From the IMG/VR virus record IMGVR_UViG_3300046781_000054, positions 28,059-92,058 of that record: 64,000 nucleotides of DNA. One strand, 5' to 3'. Below are positions 26,063 to 35,567 of this stretch, piece after piece. The position numbers and the translations under genes were made by a program. Source of the DNA: a virus. How positions within the stretch are numbered: the first letter of the stretch is position 1; each line of letters opens with the position of its first letter. The notes under the pieces were generated by a model, which was not told the DNA's origin, made no database searches, and worked only from the letters and a program-made list of their open reading frames with translations.

Positions 26063-26371
26063 TCAGCCACTGCTGCTGGGGGTTGGAGTGGGGACGGTCG
26101 AGCAGATCTTGTCGGCTGCTGCGCGCACCGAAGCGGTGATCTTGCGGTCAGGTTCGTCGCGCAGTAGCGCCCACAGGGCGCAGGTGAGTTGCTGCTGGTC
26201 GGTGCGCTGAGAGGCGCCGGTGGTCTGTGCGGTGCGCAGTGTCGAGTAACGGTCCTGGGAGGCGGAGTTCTGCCAGACCAGCAGGGCAGCCACGAGGACT
26301 GCGGCGACACCGATGACGGCGATCAGCGGGGTGGTGTCGTGGCGTGGCTTGCGCGGGAAGGAGATGGCCAT
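26063..26371 (-). CDS. Membrane protein (lysis-region accessory)
   Basis: N-terminal TM helix, two Cys. Confidence 0.7.
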   Translation of the reverse strand: MAISFPRKPRHDTTPLIAVIGVAAVLVAALLVWQNSASQDRYSTLRTAQTTGASQRTDQQQLTCALWALLRDEPDRKITASVRAAADKICSTVPTPTPSSSG

Positions 26372-26382
26372 GGGGCTGCCTT

Positions 26383-27048
26383 TCAGGGAAGGACCAGGCG
26401 CAGCAAGCCCGGGAGTTCAGAGGCGGATTCGGACGGGCTGGACGTCGGGGTGGGGCCGGTCGTCTCTGTGCTGGTGATGCGGCGGCACACGAGTGCGTCC
26501 GGGTCGTTGGGGTCGGGCTCGAGGCGGTAGCCGTCGGGGCAGGTCTGGCCGTCCTTACCGTCGGACCCGTCCTTGCCGTCGCTGCCGTTGCTTCCGTCCT
26601 GGCCGCTCTGGCCGTTCTGCCCCGCCGCGCCGGAGGGCCCGGGAACCGTGGAGTCCGCACCCGGCTGCCCGTCCTCACCGTCCCGTCCCGGCTGCCCGGA
26701 CGCGCCCGGAGACCCCGGGGAGCCGGAGGGGCCGGGCGGTCCCGGCACCGTGGACGTCGGCCCCGGAGAACCGGGGGTGCCGTTCTGCCCGGGCTCCCCC
26801 GTCGCATCCCGGCCCGGCTTTCCCTCCGGCCCGGTCACCGGCGTCCCGCCCAGCTCCCGGACCTGCGCGGCCAACGCGTCCCGCTGCTCGGACGCCTGCG
26901 CCAGATCATGCGAGAGGGTCCGCAGCGTGATCAGCACATAGCCGAGGAGGGCCACGCACGCCAGCACGCCGACCGCCCACACCAGATCGGTGCGGCGCCG
27001 GCGCTGCCGGAACGTGCGCGCCTCCCGCTGCTCCCTCTGCCTACTCAT
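26383..27048 (-). CDS. Membrane-anchored collagen-like protein
   Basis: TM helix, coiled coil, Gly-X-Y repeats, CPDGY...C. Confidence 0.8.
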   Translation of the reverse strand: MSRQREQREARTFRQRRRRTDLVWAVGVLACVALLGYVLITLRTLSHDLAQASEQRDALAAQVRELGGTPVTGPEGKPGRDATGEPGQNGTPGSPGPTSTVPGPPGPSGSPGSPGASGQPGRDGEDGQPGADSTVPGPSGAAGQNGQSGQDGSNGSDGKDGSDGKDGQTCPDGYRLEPDPNDPDALVCRRITSTETTGPTPTSSPSESASELPGLLRLVLP

Positions 27049-27389
27049 TTCGATCCCTTGCTCGCCAGGTAGACCTGCAGCAGGGTCAGCAGCAGCGGCA
27101 CGACGAGCGCGGTCAAGATGAGACGCTTGTCGGACGCCCTGCGGGTCTCTGCCTCGCGCTGCTCCTGCTGACGCCGCTCGGCCTCTCGGGCCCCGGCCTC
27201 CTCGAGGCTGGTGATCCGCGCCGAGAGGTTCGTGATCCGCTCGTCCCGGGCGTGCATCTGCAGCTCGAGGAGGCTCGTGTCGACCTTCGTGTCCAGACGT
27301 GCCGTGATGGCGCGCATGTCCTCTTTGAGGTCGACGAATCCGGCGTCGAGGCGGCGAGCCAGTTCACCATTGGTCGGCTCGTCGCTCAT
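27045..27389 (-). CDS. Coiled-coil membrane protein (lysis cassette)
   Basis: EPTNGEL N-terminus, C-terminal TM helix. Confidence 0.75.
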   Translation of the reverse strand: MSDEPTNGELARRLDAGFVDLKEDMRAITARLDTKVDTSLLELQMHARDERITNLSARITSLEEAGAREAERRQQEQREAETRRASDKRLILTALVVPLLLTLLQVYLASKGSK

Positions 27390-27432
27390 GGTGGTGTCCC
27401 CTGTTCAGTCGCAGTACCGAGATAGGCAGCCG

Positions 27433-27804
27433 TCAGGCTGTCTTCTCCAGCGGGCTGGACTGCTCGGTGGACAGGGCCGGAACGGGCGCGGTGACCTCGC
27501 GGTGCAGAATCAGCGCAACCAGGCCCTCAACGGCGAACATCCACAGCGCCTGCGTCTCGGCGGGCATGTCGAGGCCGAACGCGAGGAACAGGGCGAGGAC
27601 GCCCTGGCCCAGGTTCACGATGGCCGCGCCGACGGCGCCGGTCTTCAGAACGATCGCGGTGGCGACGGCGACGATGAGGGACAGGACAGCCATGATGGCG
27701 CCCTGCTGCGCGTCGGAGACCTCGAGGCCGTACGCGGCCGCGAGCTTGAGGACGATGGAGACGAACGCCAGGGTGTAGACGGGCTCTCTACCAAGCAACT
27801 TCAC
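27433..27804 (-). CDS. Holin
   Basis: Four TM helices, GREP N-terminus, directly after endolysin; GTG 27804. Confidence 0.75.
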   Translation of the reverse strand: MKLLGREPVYTLAFVSIVLKLAAAYGLEVSDAQQGAIMAVLSLIVAVATAIVLKTGAVGAAIVNLGQGVLALFLAFGLDMPAETQALWMFAVEGLVALILHREVTAPVPALSTEQSSPLEKTA

Positions 27805-27857
27805 GGGATTCTCGATTCTCGGAGAGCCGCCGGGCGTATCCCGGCGGTCATGTCGGG

Positions 27858-29243
27858 TCAGACCTTCGGGATCTTCAGAGCGGCCCACGTTTTGGGGCCC
27901 GGGATGCCGTCGGCGTCGCCCTTGAGGTCGGCGCGGGACAGTTGGAACGCGCGGACGGCGGCCTTGTCGGCATTGGTCCAGTTCGGCCCCGGGCCGGTCT
28001 TATAGCTCTGACCGAAGCCGAGCGCGACGAGGCGGCGGCCCATCGCGGTGACGATCGGCGAGTAGCGGCCACCGTGGAAGAACGCGGCACCGGGGAACGG
28101 CTCGTAGGCGGGCGCGGCCGTCGCGGACAGCTTCAGGACCTGCCCGACCTTGATCTCGTCGGCGTCCTTCAGACCGTTCGCGGAGACGAGCTTGGCGACG
28201 GTCGTGCCGTGGGCCTTGGCGATGCTGGTGAGCGTGTCGCCCTTCTTCACCGTGTACGTGCCCGTGCTGCTGCTCGTGCCGCCGCTGGACGCCTGAGTCG
28301 TCAGGTGGGCCAGGCGGCCGAGGACGTCCGCCGCATAGTCCCCGCCTGTGGTCACCGAATCCGGCGACTTCCCCGCCTTGATGGCGTCCTTCACACCGGT
28401 GAGGCCCGCGTTGTACGCGGCGACCGCCGGCCCCCAGCCGCCGAGCGCCTTGTAGTTGGCGGCGAGGAGCGTCGCGGCGTCCTCGGCCTGCTGACGCACG
28501 TTCTGGTCGTAGCCGTCGGGGATCGTCCACCAGCGGTCGTCGCGCTGCCAGACACCGTGCCCGTGGCCGCCGTCACCGACCTTGTTGGTCAGGTTCGTCT
28601 CCCGGGAGCCGACCGCGATCAGCAGGTTCGCGGGCAGGCCGTGGGTCTTCTCCACGGTGGGGATGAACGACCAGGTTTTCAGGGCGACGGTCTGCTGCTT
28701 GAGCATGGTGGCGGCCGTCTCGCGGGACTTCGGAACGATGCTGGAGCCTCCGACGAGCGCCTTGGCGCGCTTCACGATCTCCGGGAGCTGGGCCACGATC
28801 TTCGGGCCGGGGCATGCAGTGTGGCCACCCCAGTCGGCACCGCCCATGGCGTGGTAGCCGAGGCCCTTACCGCTGGGCGACTTGGCGACCTGCAGCGGCA
28901 CGTCGTGCACCTTGTGCGCCCAGGCGAGGACCTGCGCGTTGCGGTCGAGCTGTGCGTCGGTGAGGGTGTCGCCGCCCTTGCCCTCGTTCTCCACCGACAG
29001 CCAGGTCCGATTGCCACTGGACTGCGCCCACGCGCGATCGGCCGTGCTCACCCACTGGTAGAGCAGGCCGGTCTTGCCGGTGCCGAAGTGGGATGACGCC
29101 TGCGCCTTCGGGTTGCGGAACCAGGAGTCCGTGCCTGCCAGCGTGCCCGCCATGATGTGGACGACGACGCCGCGGACTTCCTGCTGGCCGCCCTTGGTGC
29201 AGTTCGGGACGGGACGGTACGTCGCCCCAGACATGAGCGCCAT
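27858..29243 (-). CDS. Endolysin: amidase_2 + lysozyme-like (SLT) domain + LysM + peptidoglycan-binding domain
   Basis: VVVHI...SSHF...RAWA...SVENEG...HTACPG; RETN...AAYNAG; YTVKKGDTL; ADGIPGPKTW. Confidence 0.92.
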   Translation of the reverse strand: MALMSGATYRPVPNCTKGGQQEVRGVVVHIMAGTLAGTDSWFRNPKAQASSHFGTGKTGLLYQWVSTADRAWAQSSGNRTWLSVENEGKGGDTLTDAQLDRNAQVLAWAHKVHDVPLQVAKSPSGKGLGYHAMGGADWGGHTACPGPKIVAQLPEIVKRAKALVGGSSIVPKSRETAATMLKQQTVALKTWSFIPTVEKTHGLPANLLIAVGSRETNLTNKVGDGGHGHGVWQRDDRWWTIPDGYDQNVRQQAEDAATLLAANYKALGGWGPAVAAYNAGLTGVKDAIKAGKSPDSVTTGGDYAADVLGRLAHLTTQASSGGTSSSTGTYTVKKGDTLTSIAKAHGTTVAKLVSANGLKDADEIKVGQVLKLSATAAPAYEPFPGAAFFHGGRYSPIVTAMGRRLVALGFGQSYKTGPGPNWTNADKAAVRAFQLSRADLKGDADGIPGPKTWAALKIPKV

Positions 29244-29488
29244 CAGACGTCACCGTCCTCGGCGTCGTCGCTGGCGGCCATGCCCTGGACCTGGTCCTCG
29301 GGGGCGGTGTCGGCGACGGGCAGGTTCTGCATGCCTGCCGCGTCTTCGAGGGTGATCTCGCCGACCTTGGCGCCGGTGAGGTCGAAGACCGGCACGACGC
29401 CGTTGTCGTTCTCTGCGACGGTGATGCGCTGTGCGTCACCGGCCTGATCCTGTCCCTCGGTGTCGTCGACGGGACGAGGGTCTCCCAT
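29243..29488 (-). CDS. Small acidic protein coupled to endolysin
   Basis: AGGAG RBS; TGATG overlap. Confidence 0.7.
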   Translation of the reverse strand: MGDPRPVDDTEGQDQAGDAQRITVAENDNGVVPVFDLTGAKVGEITLEDAAGMQNLPVADTAPEDQVQGMAASDDAEDGDV

Positions 29489-29600
29489 GACGTGCTCCTG
29501 CGTTCTCCCCGCGCCCAGAGCTGGCTGTCGTGGCGGGCCACTGCTTGTGGCCGTCCCTCGGGGAGTGGAGCAGGAGGATGGAGGGTCATCCTGTGATCTC

Positions 29601-29644
29601 AGAGTACGGGCGGCAGGGGCCAGGTGTTGCCCCTGCCGCCGTAC
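29601..29644 (-). promoter_or_regulatory. Terminator-like hairpin overlapping a variant promoter (GGGGCAACA-N18-TACTCT) upstream of lysis genes
   Basis: 16-bp inverted repeat 29604-29620/29629-29644. Confidence 0.55.
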
Positions 29645-29650
29645 GTGCGG

Positions 29651-29986
29651 CTACTCCTCTTCGGGCTGCGGGTCGAGCTTTGCCGCGGTGAGGATCTTGC
29701 AGTCGTGGTGGCAGACGCTGCAGTTCACCCGGATGTACGCGGGTTTGCCGTTGTTGGAGTAGAAATTGGGCTGGGTGCTGACGATGTTCTGGATCGTGCA
29801 GTCCTCGGTGAGGCACGCGAAGGTGATCGAGTACCAGGTGGCCGGTTCCCAGGTGATGGTGTCGCCCGGGCCGGGCGCCTCCGGGGGCGGTTCGGGCGTT
29901 GTGGGCGGCGGCTCAGTCGGAGAGGGCGGAGGTTCCTCCGGGACGGTCCCCTCACCCGAGCCAGGTTCGAAATCTGATGCACTCAT
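29651..29986 (-). CDS. Small Pro-rich/Cys protein (tail-fibre associated)
   Basis: ATGA coupling to the fibre gene; CxxxxC and CxxC. Confidence 0.65.
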   Translation of the reverse strand: MSASDFEPGSGEGTVPEEPPPSPTEPPPTTPEPPPEAPGPGDTITWEPATWYSITFACLTEDCTIQNIVSTQPNFYSNNGKPAYIRVNCSVCHHDCKILTAAKLDPQPEEE

Positions 29987-32616
29987 GCGCCGGTCACCTG
30001 CCAGTTCACAGTAGTAGCGGTCGTGTTCTCTCGGTTGACCCATACGAGCGCCGACGAGGACGTCGTAGATGACATAGCGACACCAGTGACGCCGGCAGCC
30101 GATGGGGTTGCGTTGACGCGTGAGCCGGGCACGGTGGTCGCGGCGGTGGCGTAGCCGCGGAATGTGGTGCCTGCCAGCGTTGGGAAGGTCACCAGGGCGC
30201 TGGTGGGTGTGTTGGCGGCGCTGGGCGTGATACTCACGGAGCCGAACGCCATATTCCCGGCGGTCAGGATGCCGGTGAAGGCGACGTTGCCGTCCTTGTC
30301 GATGCGGAACTTTTCCACGCCGTTCTGCATGGCTCTCAGCAGGTAGCCGGTATGCGCGGCGAGAGCTTCGATGTAGAGGGCGCTGTTGTTGGAGGCGACG
30401 GGCAGGACTTGCAGGCGGCCGCCGTTGAGGGTGGCGAGGAGGGCTTCCACGATGAAAGACGTGTCCTGCGAGGGCGCGTCGGTGTTCTTGTAGTAGAGGC
30501 CTGCGGTGGTGGGGAAGAGACCTAGACGCCCGCCGATGATGGTGGCGGGGCTTCCGGTACGGAGGCGTTCGATGATGGCGGCGTCCCGGGCCAGATACTG
30601 GCGCCAGGCCATGTCGGTGTAGGAGCCGGATGTGAACTGCCCAGAGATCAATTCGAGGTTGGCGTCACCGATCGAGGGTTCTGTTACCTGCACGAAAGCC
30701 CTGTTGCTCTGGCCGGCATTCGAAAGAGAAATGTTGGGGTAGACGGCGTTCGGGTTCAGGGAGAGGAGCGCGCCGGAGGTTCCCTTGACGATGAAGGCGG
30801 CCCCGGACAGGTCTCCGACCGGGTTGCCGGACGCATCGTAGAAGATGATTCTGTTGGCGTTGCCCTCGTTGACCGTGATGCGCTGCCCGCTGGCTGCGGT
30901 CTGGATGACAGCCCCGGTGATCGTCATGCCGTTGATCGCGGTCGCGGACAGGGCTGCCGCCGTAATCGACCCGGCCATGATCTTGTCGGCGGTGATGGCG
31001 TTCGCTGCGATCTTGTCCGCAGTGACGGCCAGCGCATCGAGTTTCGCGGTCGTCACCGCGCCCGCGGCCAGCTTGTCGGTGTTCACCGCGCCGGACGCGA
31101 TCGTCGCCGTCTGCACCGCGCCCGCGATCAGCTTCGGCGTGCTGATCGCCCCATCAGCGATGTTCACGGTCTGCACGGCGCCAGTCTCGATGACCTCCAC
31201 TGTGACCATGTTGACCTCGGCGGTGCCCGTGCCTCCGTTGTAGTTCGCGTAGAAGAGCGGACTGATGAACCGGGCATTGGCATGCAGCGCACCGGGAGTG
31301 TTCGGGGAGGGGGCCGCGGTGGAGGTTCCGTTGCCGGTCGCGTAGCCCTTCAGGTATCCGGTGAACCGCTGGAACCCGGCGCCCGCGGTCAGGTTCTGGG
31401 AGGCGACGGCCACGTAGTGCTGCGAGCTGGCGGCGGACGCTCCAGTCGTGTTGACGAGGGTCGTCCCGTCCGCTGCGATGCCTGCGACACCGCAGAACAC
31501 GCGCTGCTGGGCGGTATCGCTGCCCGCAACGGTCTGCCGCACCGTGAAGCTGATCCGGTAGAGGACGTTGGGGTCGAACGGAATCAGGATGTCGGGCCGC
31601 CACGCTGCGGTCACGCCGCCGACGGCCCGCATGACGTAGCTGCCGGACTGCGCATCCGTCACCGCCACCGATGTCAGACCGGGTATTGCCACGGCGGTCG
31701 TGGTGCTCGTGCCCAGAGAGCGCCACTTCGCCGCTTCGGCGCCGGTGTCGTACAGCTTCTGCACGACGGATGCCGCGGTCGTGACCGACAACTGGCTGGT
31801 CGTCACCGACCCGGCGACAACCCGGTCGCCATTCAGCGTGCCGACAGCGATCCGGTCGCCCTGGATCGAGTTCGCCACCATTTTCGGAGTGGTGATCGCC
31901 CCGTCTGCGATCTTTGTCGACCCGACCGCACCAGTGGCGATCTTCGCTTGGGTGACGGCGTCGTCGGCGAGGATCAGAGAGTTGACCGCCCCCGCCTGGA
32001 TCTTCAGGTTGGTGACGGCGCCTGCCGCGATTTTCGCCTCGGTGACTGCGTCCGACGCCAGCTTCAGGGCGGTGATGGTGCCGTCCAGGACGTCGTTGGC
32101 GACGACCGGCGCCTTGCTGACAGGGCCGACCTGGTCCGATGGTGTGGACGCGGTGCCGGAGGTGTTGCGGGCCACCAGCCGCACGTACACGGGATCGTCG
32201 GTGGGGACGACAACAGTGGCGCCCTGCGCCGTCTCGATCGTGGACCGCAGCGTCTCCGGGAGCGGCGTGAACCCTGCCGCAGTGGAGGCGTGGACCTCGA
32301 TGCGGGACCAGTCCAGCGGCAGGACCGCCCCGTTCGCGAACAGGCCGTCCCAGGTGGCCTGCACGCCCCCGAGGTACGGCGCGACGGCCGGGGCCGAAGG
32401 CTGCGGCGGCGGGGGCCCGTTGACGGCCTGCACACCGACCGTGCCGTCGCCCTGGGCCCCGACGATCGCCCGCAGGCTTCCGGTGCTGTCGTTCACCTGG
32501 AGGGCGGCGTTCTCGATGCTGCCGCCGTGCGCGTACCGGGACCCCCGCTGTAGCTGTTCCACGGCGCGGCGCAGGCGGGCGACTTCCTCGGCCAGAGCAC
32601 TGTTGGTGGGCATCAC
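29983..32616 (-). CDS. Tail fibre / receptor-binding minor tail protein
   Basis: FnIII-like N-terminal part, 10-aa VTxxKIAxGA repeats, carbohydrate-binding-like insert. Confidence 0.85.
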   Translation of the reverse strand: MMPTNSALAEEVARLRRAVEQLQRGSRYAHGGSIENAALQVNDSTGSLRAIVGAQGDGTVGVQAVNGPPPPQPSAPAVAPYLGGVQATWDGLFANGAVLPLDWSRIEVHASTAAGFTPLPETLRSTIETAQGATVVVPTDDPVYVRLVARNTSGTASTPSDQVGPVSKAPVVANDVLDGTITALKLASDAVTEAKIAAGAVTNLKIQAGAVNSLILADDAVTQAKIATGAVGSTKIADGAITTPKMVANSIQGDRIAVGTLNGDRVVAGSVTTSQLSVTTAASVVQKLYDTGAEAAKWRSLGTSTTTAVAIPGLTSVAVTDAQSGSYVMRAVGGVTAAWRPDILIPFDPNVLYRISFTVRQTVAGSDTAQQRVFCGVAGIAADGTTLVNTTGASAASSQHYVAVASQNLTAGAGFQRFTGYLKGYATGNGTSTAAPSPNTPGALHANARFISPLFYANYNGGTGTAEVNMVTVEVIETGAVQTVNIADGAISTPKLIAGAVQTATIASGAVNTDKLAAGAVTTAKLDALAVTADKIAANAITADKIMAGSITAAALSATAINGMTITGAVIQTAASGQRITVNEGNANRIIFYDASGNPVGDLSGAAFIVKGTSGALLSLNPNAVYPNISLSNAGQSNRAFVQVTEPSIGDANLELISGQFTSGSYTDMAWRQYLARDAAIIERLRTGSPATIIGGRLGLFPTTAGLYYKNTDAPSQDTSFIVEALLATLNGGRLQVLPVASNNSALYIEALAAHTGYLLRAMQNGVEKFRIDKDGNVAFTGILTAGNMAFGSVSITPSAANTPTSALVTFPTLAGTTFRGYATAATTVPGSRVNATPSAAGVTGVAMSSTTSSSALVWVNRENTTATTVNWQVTGA

Positions 32617-33710
32617 ACGTCCTCGGGGCTGCCGTAGTGGAAGGAGTCGGCGCGACGCAGCGTCAGGACTGCCTGGTCGGGGCTGTCGCCGGGCTTAAAG
32701 GAATCAGCGGTGATCCGAGACCAGCCGGTCCACGACACCCACTCGTTGTTGACGGTGACTGGGACGTCGTCGCCGATCTGCCAGGAACCGAGCGGCGCAG
32801 ACGGGTGGTCGCGGACGGTGATGGTCTGCACATCGCCCATGACCTGCCGGTAGCGGCGCTCCGCGGTCGCGCGGCGGCCGAGGGCGTCATTGCCGTTGAT
32901 GGTGGGCAGCGCCAGCGGCGACTCGATGCGCAGGTGCCCGTCGCGGGCGGGGCTGACGGCGAACCGGCGTGCGGTTCCTTCGCCGTCGCCGGTGGCGACA
33001 ATGACGTTGGCGAAGTCGTCCCCGGAGTACGTGACAGGGGTAGAGGAGACGATGTTGACGCCGGTCGAGAACGAGATGTCCTTGCGGCGGGTACCGAGGC
33101 GGGGGAAGCCGAGCTTGATGCGACGCCGGATGGTGCCGTTGGCCTGCCAGGAGCAAGCGTTGGTGTACTGCGGAGCCCCGTCTTCGGAGACGAGGTCGTC
33201 GACCTGGTCGCCAAGGTTCGGGGATTCGTACCAGAACGACGCCCACGGCTCGGCTGGCGTGCCCGCCTTCGCGGTCGAGTTCGTGGAGTCGACGGTGACG
33301 CCGAGGTTCCCGTCGGGCTGCTCCTGCGCGTACGCCCAGATGTCCCGGATGATGACGCACGGGTCCTGGTAAACGTAGGGGCCGCGGCCGGCGAGGTTGC
33401 CGTGTTCGTCGATCCGCCGGTTTAGGTACGACGACCAGCCCGCGCCTTCCATGCGGAACTCAGAGCCTTCGGGTTCAACGGACCAGATAAGGCCGCCCCA
33501 GCGCAGAATCCCGGCGGCTTCCGCGTAGATGAGGGCGATGCCCGGCATGAGGGAGTCGACGTTGGCTCTCACCCAGCGGGGTGCGAGGGTCGCGGAGAAG
33601 CTGCCGGGCCCGTTGAGTTCGCTGGAGAACTCCACCTGCGACAGGGGCAGCGCAGAGTGGAGTATCTCGCCGGTGAGGGCGTGCTGGGTGAAGTACCGCC
33701 ACCGGGCCAT
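32613..33710 (-). CDS. Minor tail protein (baseplate hub/Tal-like)
   Basis: Position; ELNGPGSFS and WQIGDDV motifs. Confidence 0.8.
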   Translation of the reverse strand: MARWRYFTQHALTGEILHSALPLSQVEFSSELNGPGSFSATLAPRWVRANVDSLMPGIALIYAEAAGILRWGGLIWSVEPEGSEFRMEGAGWSSYLNRRIDEHGNLAGRGPYVYQDPCVIIRDIWAYAQEQPDGNLGVTVDSTNSTAKAGTPAEPWASFWYESPNLGDQVDDLVSEDGAPQYTNACSWQANGTIRRRIKLGFPRLGTRRKDISFSTGVNIVSSTPVTYSGDDFANVIVATGDGEGTARRFAVSPARDGHLRIESPLALPTINGNDALGRRATAERRYRQVMGDVQTITVRDHPSAPLGSWQIGDDVPVTVNNEWVSWTGWSRITADSFKPGDSPDQAVLTLRRADSFHYGSPEDV

Positions 33711-34655
33711 CTACAGGGCGCCTTCAGTGAACTCGATGTCGATGTTGAACGTGGTGGTCGCGTCGACGCCGATCTTCGCGGCGTTCGAGGAGCGGGTGCG
33801 CATCCTCGATTTGAAGGCCTGCGTGGTGCCGCGCATTGCAGCGCCGGACGTGGTGGTCAGGTCGATCGTCTCGACCATCTGGACGGTGTTGCGTCGGGCG
33901 GCGGTGCCCTGGTTGTCGTCGATGCCGACCCACTGCGCGGCTTCGTAGGTGCCGAGCATGAACCGGAAGTTTCCCCAGGCGTTGCCGTCGACGAGGCGGA
34001 TCCCGCACACGGTGAACACGACCTTCGCGTTGGCCGCCCAGGTGGGGATGGGAATGTTCTGCATGGTCAGGTTGGGGAAGGTCTGCCACGTCTCGGAGGT
34101 GCCGGAGATCTGCACCAGCGGGTCCTGCGCGTAGTACGGGTACAGGGAGCGTTCCTTGCGCGGGTTGGCGACCTTCCGCAGATCCTTGATCATGGCGTTG
34201 GTGATGGTCGCCGTCGATGAGGGGATGTCAATGCGGGCCAGCGGGATCGCCGAGTAGCCGTTCGGCACCGTGGTGGCGCTGGAGGAGACGTTGGAGATGA
34301 CGTCGAAGAAGGCAGCCGTGTCAGGGGTCTTGTTGCCCTCGTAGTTGGGGTCCTGGACACGGGCGACGAGCATGTCAGAGCGTCCGGTGCCGCCCGTCGC
34401 GGCGATGCTGACGGAGTCGGTGCCGACGTTGTAGACGTTGTAGGCGCCCTGCCCGGCCGCGTACACACCATTGATGACCGCCGACCCGGCGCCGATCTGA
34501 ACGCCGGCCCCCGGAGTGGAGAGTGCGGACGGCTTCAGGTAACCGCCCTGGGTAATGCCCTGGTTGCCTTGCGCCAGATCCTGGATCATCAGGCGCATCT
34601 GCTGTGCGGTGTGGGCGCCGCCGGTGACGGCGAACGGCGTCGTGATCAGTGCCAT
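33711..34655 (-). CDS. Minor tail protein
   Basis: GRSDMLVARV...IPLARIDIP...ITNAMIKDLR. Confidence 0.8.
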   Translation of the reverse strand: MALITTPFAVTGGAHTAQQMRLMIQDLAQGNQGITQGGYLKPSALSTPGAGVQIGAGSAVINGVYAAGQGAYNVYNVGTDSVSIAATGGTGRSDMLVARVQDPNYEGNKTPDTAAFFDVISNVSSSATTVPNGYSAIPLARIDIPSSTATITNAMIKDLRKVANPRKERSLYPYYAQDPLVQISGTSETWQTFPNLTMQNIPIPTWAANAKVVFTVCGIRLVDGNAWGNFRFMLGTYEAAQWVGIDDNQGTAARRNTVQMVETIDLTTTSGAAMRGTTQAFKSRMRTRSSNAAKIGVDATTTFNIDIEFTEGAL

Positions 34656-34667
34656 GCTCGGGGCCTC

Positions 34668-35567
34668 CTACAGGGCCTTGTAGGCGGGCCACCAGGTGAC
34701 GGCCAGCGTGGATGTGAGGGTGTTGTCCGTCGCCGACCAGCGGATCTCGTTCACGCCCGGGGTGAGGACGAACTGGTCGATGCGCGAAGTCGGGGTGAGG
34801 GGGGCGGAGCCGCCGTTCTCGCGGAGCACGGTCCGCCAGCCGGGCCGGGTGTCGATCTCGACCCACTCCCCCGCAACGAGCGTCGTCTGCACCGTCAGGA
34901 CCCGACCCGACGTGACGTGCGTGATCTTCGGGTTGGCGCACGGCCCGTTGACGCGGATCACCGGCCATGTCGGGGCTGTGCCCGTGACGGTGAGGTAGCC
35001 GGGCCGGCCGACGGCGGAGGCGTCACCGGCGATCGTGAACGGCATCTGCAGCGGGAACGTGACGCCGCCCTGGGTGAGGGAGCCGAGCGGCATCGACGTC
35101 GAGTCGGGCAGGTCGGTGTAGTACAGGTGGTCCTGGGCCTGGAACTCGATGTCGACCGGTCCGTAGCCGTGGATGATCGTGGAGGCGTCGGGTTCGAACT
35201 TGCGGAGACGGCCGCGGATCACCCGGCTGGGGCGTCCCGGGAACTTCAGGCGTAGGTCCATGGTCGTGCCGCCCTGTGCCCGGACCTGGGCGGTGTCCGC
35301 CCTGTCCTGCAGCAGCGCCCAGGTGTCGAGGACTGTGGCCGCGCTGGCCGTGGCTGCCTTGACGGCTGCATCGATGCGCAGGGTGCGGCCGGCGTAGTAG
35401 TCGGCGCCCAGCCAGGTGCCGTCCTCTCCGGGAGGCTCGACATCGCTGCTGCGCACCGTCGGCTGGCCCAGACCCTCGATCGTCTTGATGTCGACGGTCG
35501 TGCCGCGGCCAATGAGGACACCGCCGAGTTCGTGCTGGTAGTCGACCAGGTCGACGGGTGTACTCAT
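34668..35567 (-). CDS. Distal tail protein (Dit-like)
   Basis: Directly after tape measure; GTAPTWPVIRVNGP...LTPGVNEI. Confidence 0.85.
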   Translation of the reverse strand: MSTPVDLVDYQHELGGVLIGRGTTVDIKTIEGLGQPTVRSSDVEPPGEDGTWLGADYYAGRTLRIDAAVKAATASAATVLDTWALLQDRADTAQVRAQGGTTMDLRLKFPGRPSRVIRGRLRKFEPDASTIIHGYGPVDIEFQAQDHLYYTDLPDSTSMPLGSLTQGGVTFPLQMPFTIAGDASAVGRPGYLTVTGTAPTWPVIRVNGPCANPKITHVTSGRVLTVQTTLVAGEWVEIDTRPGWRTVLRENGGSAPLTPTSRIDQFVLTPGVNEIRWSATDNTLTSTLAVTWWPAYKAL

